This document shows, in pieces, positions 52,173 through 62,899 of a DNA stretch of 64,000 nucleotides. The position numbers were made by a program, and so were the translations under genes. The first letter of the stretch is position 1. Each line of letters opens with the position of its first letter. The notes below the pieces were generated by a model. It saw nothing but the letters and a program-made list of their open reading frames with translations, made no database searches and was not told the DNA's origin. Where the stretch lies: contig CDMY01000268.1 in the NCBI GenBank assembly GCA_001179505.1, positions 77,841 through 141,840 of the forward strand, read 5' to 3'. The DNA comes from Vitrella brassicaformis CCMP3155. Lineage: Eukaryota; Protista; Chromerida.

Positions 52173-52599
52173 TGGGATGGATGTGACACACGACAGCGCA
52201 GAATCAGCCAACTGTCTGTCTGTCTGTCTGTGTGGTTTGTGTGGCGTGCAGGTGTGGTTGGCTTGCGGATTTGACGACTGACGATGGCCGCTGAGTGCTG
52301 CTCGTCTCTGTGTGTGAGTGTGTGTGTGATGTGTCGGCCGATGTGTCGACGACTGACTGACTCGACTTAACTGAATCGCTTTGTCCCTCTCGTGGGCTGG
52401 CCGCCCTTTGTGTGCCGCGGAGTGAGGGCACGGCTGGCGTGGTTTGTATGTGAGCTTGTCAGTCAGTCTGGCTGGAGGAAGGTGCATGGTCACATCTCGT
52501 GGGGCTTTCTACTGGGTGTGTGATGGAAGAGAGAGAGATGGCACAATTGATGGACAGACAGAGTGATTTGGTTCGGTGCTGTGGTGTGCTGGCTGTCAG

Positions 52600-54170
52600 A
52601 CTTCATGCGGAGACCTCACACAGTGAGCGTTGATCATCACTCTCTGTGTGCGGTTGCCGTGTGGTGTCTGGCAGACTGACACCCCACACGTGAGGCACAC
52701 AAAGGAAAGGCAAAGGCACAACTGAGACTCATAGTGCTGGCTGCTGTATGTGTGTGAGAGGGGGTGGCTGTCGTGTGTTGGTCGCTTTGTCAGTGTGCTC
52801 TCATACGAAGGTGTCGGTCTGAGCATCGTCATGCTTCTCCTGCTTACACTCCTCAGCGTGTCGGCCGATGAACGACAGACAAACAGACAGACAGACAGAG
52901 AGAAGGGACGATTGGCTGATTGGCTGCACAGAGAATCGCTGTGTGGTGCGGTGTTTGGGCTGCCGTCTGGCTGTGGGTTCGTCGTGTGGGACGGTTGTTC
53001 GCGAGAGTGTGTTAATCTCTCGTCGGTGCATCCGTCACACACGGGCGGCCCACAGACAGACAGACAGACAGACAGACCGACACACACACACAGACACACC
53101 GATCTGTCCGTTCGGCTGATTGGGATGAGAGAGAGTGATCTGTTGTCGCCAGCTGTGGGTGGTTCCATGTATCCTCTCTCTCCCTTTGTGGGCATCTAAA
53201 GTGCCACCAGTCAACTCTAGAGTATCAGCCCATATGTGGTGTCGGTGCTCTGGGGTTGCCGGGCGGCGACAGAGATGCCCACAGAGGAAGTCGACAGACA
53301 CGCGCCAGTGCATTGTGATGATCCCATGTGCGATGATGATGTGAGCAGTGAGCACACTGACAGTGAGACGAACTCCCACACATCGATGTGTGTGTGCAGT
53401 AGTGCAGTGTATAGCTGAGAGATGTCAAGGCACACACACACACATGGATGAATGGATGGATCAGTGTGTGGACTGTCTTCTCTTACGCGTCGCTTGCGTG
53501 TGGGTGAGTGAGTCAAAGGGTGCTCGACACATCGGGGCTGACGTGGACGGGCCTGTGTCTGTTGGGTGTGGGTGCCTGGCGTACCGGTGAATGGACGCTG
53601 GATGGGCGACATCGTGGGAAGGAGAGAGAGAGGTTTGTTGGGTTCTTCTTTGGAGTGCCTGGCATCGTGTGTCGGTGTGCTGACTGTCTGCTGCACGGTG
53701 TGTACCTGACACAGTGAGTGTTCATTCTCACTCTCTGTGTGCGGTGGCCGTCGAGCGGCTCACAGACAGACACACACCATGCCACACACAGTGGCTGGCC
53801 GACTGCTGGTGCAGGTGGGTCACATTGGGTGGCCATGGATGGACTCCCTCTCTGTCTTTGTGATGTGTGATCGACGAGTGCATCGCATCGCATGTGAGGG
53901 TGTATTTTGGGTGGCTAAGTCTCTCTTGTGTGCCGACGGACGGGCGCGTGAATGAATGGAGGCCAAGTTCCTGTGTGTGTGTGGGGGTGTGGGTGTGTGG
54001 GAAGGAGAGATGAGGTGGGCTGAACCCATAAGTGAGAGAGACAGGATGTTTCTGTGTTGGTTTGCTGACTGTGATGTGCACCGCGGTCACCTGACGCATT
54101 GGGCGTTGATCATCGCTCTCTGTGTGGGGTGGCTGTCGGGCATCTCTCACACAGACCGACACAGCTGGGA
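52600..54170. repeat. Three degenerate direct copies of a ~60-90 bp motif (~52610, ~53705, ~54088)
   Basis: Consensus cctgacacagtgagcgttgatcatcactctctgtgtgcggtggccgt is visible in all three copies. Confidence 0.65.
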
Positions 54171-54689
54171 CAGTGCGGCTCATTGGGGTGTATGGGGGGA
54201 GGGGAGAATGCGGTCGCAACTTGACAATCTAATCAGTGCTGAATCAATGGGATGAGTTCACTCCACGGCCGTCACCCGCGGTACACACCGGCCGACACAC
54301 TCCACCAGACAGTCACCACGAGAGAGAGAGTTATGGCCGGCAGGTGAGTCAGCCAGGCAGCCAGACACACTCACACATCGGCCGCAGCGTCACTTCAAAA
54401 TCGGCCGGCAGCCGACCAGACTGCACCGCTCACACCCACACCCATCAGAGCCACGCCAGCCATTCGGTCACACAGCAGCAGCAGCTGGTCCACACAGTGA
54501 GCGGTGGGCGATGTGTCCTGAAGAACAAACCGATCGGCGACAGAGATGAATGACGACAGCCAGCACCCAACTTGAGATGCCCTCCGGACAACACACACAC
54601 ACACAGAGGGCAGGGCGACACTCAGCCACATGGCGACAGAGGGGATGTATCGCTGCGCACCCACCAGTGCGTGTTGGCTGATAGATCGG

Positions 54690-56579
54690 TCAGCCGCCGC
54701 CCTCCGCCTCAGCTGCGCCACCCTCACCTGCCCAAGGCACAGCACACACACAGCCATGACTGTGGTGGAGGTCGACGTGGGGGCCTCTGTGGTGTCTGCG
54801 GCTGTCTACCTCCGCTGCCCTCTCCGCTGCCGTCACCCTCATCGCCGTTGCCGTCATCGCCATCTGCACACACCCAGACCATCTTCCAAATCTATGCCAC
54901 ACACACAGAGAGAGGGCACGTCATCCGTCAATCCATCCGATGAATGTTTGAGTGTGTCCCTCTCTGTATCTGCACCATTGTCATTCCCCTGTTGCTGCTC
55001 TGCTGCTGCTGCTGATGCTGCTGTTGCTGCTGTTGTTGTTGTTGTTTTTGTATTTGTCCGTCGAATACGAATGGCGCCACCACCCCCAACGCCACGCGAG
55101 CCAGCTGAGTGGTGACAGGGAAGCGGTCCTTGAACAAACCGCTCTCACACACAGCCGCCTCAGTGGCCCAGACGTACACACAGGCTGCAGCCACGGGAAA
55201 GAAGAATGCTCGACATTTGAGCATCAATCAATACTCCCTCTCTCCATGTCATTCACCCTCACCGTTATTGTTTCCCGATCTGCTGATGCCAATATATGCG
55301 ACGAAGGGGTGGCTGCTGTCGGTGAGCACCAGCCATCGCCAGCCACCATGTGTCCCGGCCAGCCATTGTGGTCGTGCAGCCGGCCAGCGGTGTATGGGGC
55401 GACTCGGTGAGGAGGCGATTCAAACGGCCACCACCGACACCCCTGAATAGACAGACAGACGCAAAAGATTTGTAGTATTCCCCTCTCAGCCCATTGATTC
55501 CATTAGTGTGTTACCTGTTGAGTGCAGTCCATGTGTAATTGGTCTGGTGAGTCTCTTCGAAGTGGTGGCAAACGACGACACTGACGCATCGATGAACCCC
55601 TGGCCACCGAATGACACCCATCGGCCGTTGTCGGTCGAGTACTCGATGCTGTTGCGCACCGGTGGGTCGTGTGGCTGCCGGTGCTGCTGGTACAGATGGC
55701 CGGCAGGGAGGGGCGGGTCGACCTGCAGCTCGAAGTTGGGCTCGTCGATGATGGCCCGCACCTCACCGTTGCCTTGATGAAACAGCTGCAAGCAGCTGCC
55801 GTCACTGAAGTGGATGTAGCGGCCGACCATCTTGAGCTGCGCCAACACACGGGGGGCCGACATATACGCCTACACACACGACCACACACAGACAGAGAGA
55901 GAGAGAGAGAATGAGGCCCTCTTCCTCCGTCCCGTCCCCTCCCCGCCCGTCCGTTTGCTGGCTCACCATTATGTTTGCGTGTGTGTTGATGTCAGCCCCA
56001 CTGAGGGTCACAGGCAGCTCACAGTTGCCGCACTGCCCCGCCAGCTCAATCACCTCGGCCATCTCGCCCCAGTCCCCCTCCTCCACCACACACACAGCCG
56101 CCAGCAGATCATGTGTGCCGAACCGGTCGTCGTCGAACCGCAGCAGCTGCACTTGCTGCCCATTCACATTCGCCCGCCGCAGCCCCTCCTGTGAGCCCAG
56201 CGAGTGGCTGAGCCGATCTCTCAGCTGAGTTTCTCCGAAGAGCTCACTGAGCCACGTGCAGGTGGCCCTCAGCCGTACGACGTCCTTGAGGCTGAGAAGG
56301 TAGCGGCTCCTCCGGCCCACACACACATATGACACGGGGTGCTGCAGCTGCTCGTGGTGCTGCATGGGATGGATGGGTCAAGACGGTCAGATGAGTGAGG
56401 CGCTCGACGAGAGGCTGCACAGAGCGACAGGGCCGACAGGTGGTTATGTCCATCAAGCATGCTGCTCACAGATCTGTGTGCTGCTCACCTCGTTCGATGC
56501 TCAGATGGACAGATCAGAGAGAGGTCAATGATCTACCACCACCACCACCACCACCAGCGGCAGATGAGGAGGCCGCCAT
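54690..56579 (-). CDS. Member of an expanded lineage-specific family (F-box-like N-terminus); apparent frameshift near 55340, possibly a pseudogene
   Basis: YLLSLKDVVRLRATCTWLSELFG..LLAAVCVVEEGDWGEMAEVIELAGQCGNCELPV|..APRVLAQLKMVGRYIHFSDGSCLQLF..DPPLPAGHLYQQHRQPHDPPV..; later WLVLTDSSHPFVAYI and FKDRFPVTTQLARVALG, then Gln and Gly/Asp-rich tail exons ending GEGGAAEAEGGG-TGA. Confidence 0.6.
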
Positions 56580-56800
56580 CGCTCCTCAGCCACACTGCAC
56601 CGATGGGCCGACAGACAGACAGACAGACAGAAAGACAGACAGAAAGGCCAACGCATTCATTGAGGCCAGTGGATGAGCGCATCACTCAGTCAGTGAGCCA
56701 GTGAGTGTTGGGCCTCCCTCACCTCCGATGTCTGTCAGCTCAACGGCCCACCGGAGCAGTCGACAAGGCGCACAAACAAAACGCCGCACTTTGGCCTCTC

Positions 56801-57026
56801 GTGGGGCTGTAGGGTAACAAACCCTTTGACCCCTCGTCCGTCAAACCCTCCGGCTCTTTCGGTGCGCAGCCCTCCTGACGGCTGTGTGCTGAGATCTGTC
56901 GTCCTTTGGCGTCCACTTTGCCTTAATTGTCAGCTGAGGTCGGCGACACTCACGCACACACACGTGGCGAGTCAATGAGGTCAGTGAGTGAGTGAGTGAG
57001 GGACAAACGCCTCGAGCATCGCCATG
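56801..57026 (+). repeat. ~220 bp dispersed repeat, copy 2, ending at ATG 57024
   Basis: Near-identical to 51724-51947 with small indels. Confidence 0.9.
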
Positions 57027-58900
57027 TGTCTCGCGTTGGCAGGTGTGATAATATCTGCTGCGTACATTGCTCTGGCAAGGATTGCTCTCAGTCTATTTAC
57101 GTGCAAAAAGGTGCCCCTGTATGTGCGTGCACCGCGCACACACACACACTGGATACATATATGAATGCGCGGTGCACGCACATGCAGCATCCATCCGGCC
57201 AATGGACCATCAAGGCATTCCCTGAAGTGTTGTGTAGAGGTAACACCCTCATTCCACAAATCATGTGCACGATTGTATGCGCGGGTCCATTTCCTTCGCA
57301 CACACAGGCAATCGCTTCGCCTCTGTGTTGCCGTTTGGTGTCATCGCCATCATTCTGTACCCAATCGGCATACTGCTCTGGTTCGGGGGCGTCTGCATAC
57401 GCGTAAGTGTCTATCCATGGCGGACACTCTCACACGGACATACTTCCAGAAATGCACTCTTGCACAGGCCCCGTACCGCTTCGATGACGTGAGATTCCGC
57501 ACTCGGTGAGCAGAGCAACTGACAAATATGCGCACCGTCTATGCGTCCCTGCATTTTTATCTGTACGTGTGCGTATGTGTGTAGTTACAAGTTCCTTTTG
57601 TATCGGTTCACGCCCGACAAGTACTGGTGGGGCGTAGTCATACTCGCAAGGTGCGTGGATGGCTCCATGTGCATGCATTGTGAGGATGGTGTATATGGGG
57701 CTGTCTCGTCTGTCTGCAGAAACATGCTGCTGACGCTAGCAGCAGTGATCTTCCCATCCGATGGCTACGCGCAGGTCGGTCTCTGGTTGCTACGCACACA
57801 CAGGGGGCATATGGATGTGCGTATACGTATGCAGGTGTACTACACGGCAGCGGTGCTAATCGTGAGTGTCGTCATGCAAGTAAGGACGCTACGCCTACAC
57901 ACACGGCAACAGCAGACACGCAGCTCCACACACACACATGCACACGCAGGTGTATCACATGCCCTTTCGCGACCCGCGCAACAACTACCTGGACATGATC
58001 CTCACCATGAGTACGGGCACCCATCCATCAATCCATCCAACCACACGCACATGCATGTCTCCACCTTGTGTGTGTGTGCAGTCACGCTGTTCATCATAGT
58101 GGTGGGGGTCTTCTTCATCGACTCGCAAGACCGCAAACCTGAGGCATACGCAATCGTGCTGACCGTCTCTGTCGCGCTTGCCGTGTTCGCTGTGCTGGTA
58201 CGCACTGATGGACGGATGTGTCGGGGTATGGACACGGATGTGTATACAGGTGACGATTGGTTTGTCTCTGTTTGACGCCATTCACCAAGACAAGCTCAAC
58301 ACGGCCGAGACAATGAGAGTCAGCGCACATACAAGAGGGAGAGAGAGGGAGACAAAGCCGGATGAGAATAATCATCTCTACGTGTCCGTCGTTACTGTCG
58401 ATGAGTCCAGGCGTACCGGTATGTGCGTGACATGAAGGTGATCGCCTCCTTGTTCAAGGAGGAGAGGCAGGAAGAGCTCCTGCACTTCTTCTACGACCTC
58501 ACTTACAAAGAGAAAGCTACCATGGAAGTACGTGAGCACTGCACTCATCTATGTCGATGTGTCTGTGCATCTCTATCTCTCTTTCTGTCTGTCTGTGTGC
58601 AGAATTCCCTGTCTCTGCTGCACGGCGAGTTTTCTCTGCTCTATAAGGAGGCCAACGACGAGAGACGGAACCTGCTCAGACAGACCACTGAGTGGGGGAG
58701 CCACACGGACACCTGAGAATCCACACTCACATGCCTGTTTGTCTATGGTGTAGGCCGTCTCACTTCCGCACGCTCAAGTCACACATTCGCCACGCATACA
58801 CACAAGGAATGGGTACGAGCACACCAACCTTTGGACACACACATGAGTGTTCACCTCTCTCTCTGTCTCAGGCCTCAAGTGTCATGACGCGCAATAAAGA
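57024..58900 (+). CDS. Multi-pass membrane protein (TRP-C-like C-terminal TM bundle), apparently 5'-truncated
   Basis: Spliced: AYIALARIALSLFTCKK|HPSGQWTIKAFPEVLCR|..VIAIILYPIGILLWFG..|YKFLLYRFTPDKYWWGVVILAR|NMLLTLAAVIFPSDGYAQ|VYYTAAVLIVSVVMQ|VYHMPFRDPRNNYLDMILTM|..AYAIVLTVSVALAVFAVL. The 3' end is approximate. Confidence 0.7.
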
Positions 58901-59351
58901 CGGCGCAAGAGCGCACATGGCGCGAATGAGAGGGGCACGGCCATCGGTTTCAGTCACTGACGATGGTGCTGCTTGATGCGCGGCGATGGACATTGGGACA
59001 TCTCACCTGCAGCACGGAACACACACACAGAGAGAGGGGTGGTCGTGTCTGTGTTCCCGACTCATCATCGTGCTTACCTTAGTGTTTGCCTGCCCGCTGG
59101 GCACTCGGCACGCCTCACGGTGCCTCAGATCTGCCCCCCAGCGCGATCTGCACATGCGAGCTCAAGTGAAGATTGCATCGCCAAAAACACGGCATCTCTT
59201 CCATTGGATGGCTAAACGATAGTGTCAGAGGCCATGCGTCAGTTCCTGCAGCTTATCCTGTGGATGCGACCCCATTGTACGCCTTGAGAGCCGTCCTGGC
59301 CACTCGCCGGCGGCCAGCAAAGAGCAGCAGCGTCAGCGCGGCTCTCAAAGG

Positions 59352-60015
59352 ATGCCATCGGCCCTCTCCCCCGCCCTGCTGTGGCTCTTCCTTCCCATTG
59401 CGTCATCTCGGCATCTCGAAAACACCACAGACCCGCTGCCCTCCTCCAGCACGCCCCGGTTCATTCTGTATCTCATCTATGGCAACGATCTGCCGCCGAT
59501 GCAGTCGTTCGGGCAGAACGCCGCCAACCTGGCGTTCATTTTGGCGAACGAGGCGCCTTTGCCGGACTGCGATAAGCGGTGGCTGGTCAACAGGATCGTC
59601 AACCAGACGGAGAGGGACAAGATCATGGGTTTGTTTCGAGGATGTGATCTTCTGTCATATAGAGACAGATCTGTCCGACCGATTCGCTCGCTGATATCTG
59701 CAGGGATCACCACGTAGGCGAGCGGAGCTGCTTGTGCATGTGTACAGCTGCTGTGTTGCCTTCTCAGTTCATTTGCGGCCCGAGTGCGTGACTGATATGC
59801 AGTCAAGTTTAAAGTGGTATAGCCATCGTTCATTCCATGAAGGCTTGAAGGTCACAACCGACAGCCAGCTTGGTAACACAGACGACATCCACCGATCACG
59901 ACATGCACAGAAGGCTACGTGAACGAATGCGTCACTGCCCGACCACCTCGCTCGGCAGGAGTACGCTTTGAAAGAATACGAGGGAGGAGATGCAGATGTG
60001 ATGCCTACCGAATGA
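59352..60015 (+). pseudogene. Degenerate fragment resembling an uncharacterised glycosyltransferase-like family
   Basis: PRFILYLIYGNDLPPMQSFGQNAANLAFILANEAPLPDCDKRWLVNRIVNQTERDKI; the downstream frame is broken. Family recognised from memory only. Confidence 0.4.
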
Positions 60016-60159
60016 CATCTCACACACACGTCATGTGCGAAACACGGCAAAGTGTCTCGTGCAGCGCTCAGTGAGACACACGCGCACGCACACACACGTA
60101 GACCACACGAGACGGATCGATAAAAAAAGACACCCATGTGGAAACACTTACCGCCAGGC

Positions 60160-61303
60160 GTTTTTCCCACGTGTAGCACCTCCATCTCGTCACCCATGAA
60201 CCTATACGATCCACCCAACAGAGCATCGCCCAAGTAACCCCTCTCTCCCGTGTATCCAGCAGGTGTTCGTCCACCGTCATTGCCACTCCAACCCAACTCC
60301 AGTCGCCGATCGATCCCTAGACTCGCACCACTGCATATCGCATATACCCAGACCACACGACATATCGATAAAATACACCACATCCAGCAGCAATGTCGAC
60401 GACAGAAGCCACATACAGCCAGGCACATCCCTGTCCCTCCCTCGCTGCCCCGTCAAGTGCAGCACCTCTATCTCGTCAGCAACGAATCGCTGCGACCCAC
60501 CCAACACTGCATCGCCATCATCATCCGTCTCCCCCGTGTAGCCCTCAGGAACCCATACGCTGGGGATGTACTGATAGCACCTCTGGATGTCGGCTGCAGG
60601 CCGGCCACTGCCATGGCGGCCCCAACCCAGACGCAGATGCGCACCGATCAACGCATTAGCACCAAACACATCTCCCTCCCTCCCCGCCACCTCACATGTA
60701 TAGCCCGCAGGCACACCCCCGCTGTTGGTCCACTGATGGCAGCTGCGGGTGTCGGCAACAGGCCGGCCGCCAAAAAGGCTACCATAGCTACCCAGATAGC
60801 CCAGCGGCCCTCCCTCTTCGCCACGTGCACAAACTGCACACAATGTGAGATGTCGATCTTGGTCGGTGTGGCCGAAAAACCACACATCACACTCATACTC
60901 GCCACCCATTCCCCTCACTTAGTCCATCACGTGCAGCACCTCTATCTCCTCCACCATAAACTCACGCGACCCACCCAACACCGCATCGCCAATGCTGTTC
61001 CTCACTCTCATGAAGCCCGCAGGCATATAGTCGCTGCCGGTCCACTGATAGCAGCTGCGGATGTTGGCTGCAGGCCGGCCGCCGTAGCCAGCATACCCTA
61101 ACAACAGACGCCCGTGGATAGTCAGACTCGCACCATACACACTTCCTCCCTCCCCGCCACCAGCACATTCACATAGTGATCCATTCGGGGGATGTCGATC
61201 TTGGTGGGTGTGGGGAAGTGGCCGGTCAGGGAGAAAAACCACAGAACACAGCGGTAGAAATGGCTCTCGGTCGGATTGTCGGGCAGCTGGATGCCCACCG
61301 CTG
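60160..61303 (-). pseudogene. Scrambled TLDc array: at least three C-terminal half-domains, frameshifted and 5'-truncated
   Basis: GDAVLGGSREFMVEEIEVLHV (ends ~60925), GDAVLGGSQRFVADEIEVLHL (~60465) and GDALLGGSYRFMGDEMEVLHV (~60170), plus an internal partial duplication and stops. Confidence 0.75.
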
Positions 61304-62610
61304 TATATCTTCAACGAATTGTGCTTCATCAGCTCCACAGACAAGAGCTGGCTCCAATGGTTGATGACGCTCTCACGGAAGACTCCATTGTCGACAGCAA
61401 AGATCGCCGCCGGGCGGGGCTTGCGCTTGGCGAGCATCTTCAGGAATTCCGGGGTCTTCTCTTCCCACCTTCCGAATGTCTCTGCAGCGAGGGGGACGAA
61501 GCGAAAGCCGGCCGCTCGCGCGGCAGGGCCGTACTTGTCGATCTTGTCCTTCTCCGTGAGTGCTGCTGCTTTGCCACCCGCAGTTGCGCACCACGCCGAT
61601 TCACCGTCCGGTGGAAAGGGATAGTGGAGGCGTCAGGGCGGTAGGGGTGGGTAATGGTGATATTGAGGAGATAGTCCTGGCGGTCGATCACACAGCAAAT
61701 GTCCATGCGCTGACTGTTGAGGTCGCTGTCGAGCGGCGTAATGCCGAGGTTGTGTAGGGCGCTTCAACGTTGGAGGGGACGTCCGCCTCCACCAGGATCT
61801 GGACCAACAGGTTGCGCATGTTGTTATGTCTCAGAATCCGCTCGCGACCAGTGTGGCAGACGAAGTAGTGATCGTCAAAGTCGTCGACCTTCCCATCGCA
61901 GGGGAGGAAAAATGGGGGGGCTACCGCTGACGAGCCGTCGAAAGCAGGGGCTACCGTTTGGATCCAGGGTAGGTCAAGGAAGGCTGTAGGCCCGCCTTGA
62001 GGTATCCACGGGGCAGCTCGGAAGTGGTTGAGGACGTCGGTTGCCGTCATTCCGACCGAACCCACAAAGGGTACACACGCAATCGTCACTGTCAAGATGA
62101 GGCCGAAACCTCCCAGGCGGTTAGGCAGCTAGACTTACGCCGACACCGACTCAGGGAAGTCGCTGTGGAAACGAAAGATGCGCCTGAAAGCGGTGATAAT
62201 GGCGGCGTCATGTCGCTCGGCGGATGGCATAGAGTTGTCGGAGCCAGGGGGAAGGAGGCGCAGCCAATAGTTCAATCGGGATGATGCGTAGTAGCGGAGG
62301 AGTAGGCCCGATCCTGGCAGACCCATCTAAGCGAACATCACGATGGCCTCAAGCGGTGGCTTGTGGCCGTCGAGTATCTTATCCAGGCCGCGCCGGACGG
62401 AAGGGGTGGTGCCAAGGGGACAGCCGAGGACGGTAATGCCTTCCGCAGAGCACTCGGCACCAGACGCGGCGATCTCGGCAGGAACGTCAGAGGGTTGCTG
62501 CCAGCGAGGGCTCCAGGCAGCGCTCTTATCTCGTCGCAGCTTCAGCTTCTTCTCCGCCAGGAGCCCCTTCGCTCTGTCCACGTATCTCGTCTCACGTATC
62601 TCGTACACAT
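61304..62610 (-). mobile_element. CRE-like (RLE-type) non-LTR retrotransposon, degenerate 3' half
   Basis: RT thumb-like GITVLGCPLG and LLLRYYASSRLNYWLRLLPP; zinc-knuckle-like PCDGKVDDFDDHYFVC..RHNNMRNLL; RLE-like DIC..YLLNITITHP and KDKIDKYGPAARAAGFRFVPLAAETFGRW..HWSQLLSVELMKHN. Multiple frameshifts. Confidence 0.8.
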
Positions 62611-62899
62611 GGCCATCACACGCTGACTGATTGCCTGTCTTGTTCCTCGCTCTCGGTGTCTACCTACATACTCTCAGGCTTGCGAGTGGGCAGGGGATGC
62701 GTCTCGCCCGTGTGCATGTGCGTGTTTTCATCGCCAACGTTGCCACCGCTGACAGGTCCGGCCACCGGCTCTGTACCTGCTGCTGCCGCTGCTCTATTCG
62801 TTGGTATGCTGGGGGCAATTGTCGGTGCTGCTGAGGTGATGGTCTCACACAGATACATTCATGCCCCCAATGATTGAATCGGTTATTTCTCGGCTGTTT

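Noticed and set aside
54990-55050. Poly-Leu TM-like ORF on the plus strand
   Set aside because: Antisense reading of the CAG/CAA (poly-Gln) tract of the minus-strand gene.
62631-62860. Short ORFs between the two retroelement halves
   Set aside because: No recognisable motif; may be element 5' UTR or a host fragment, and cannot be assigned.
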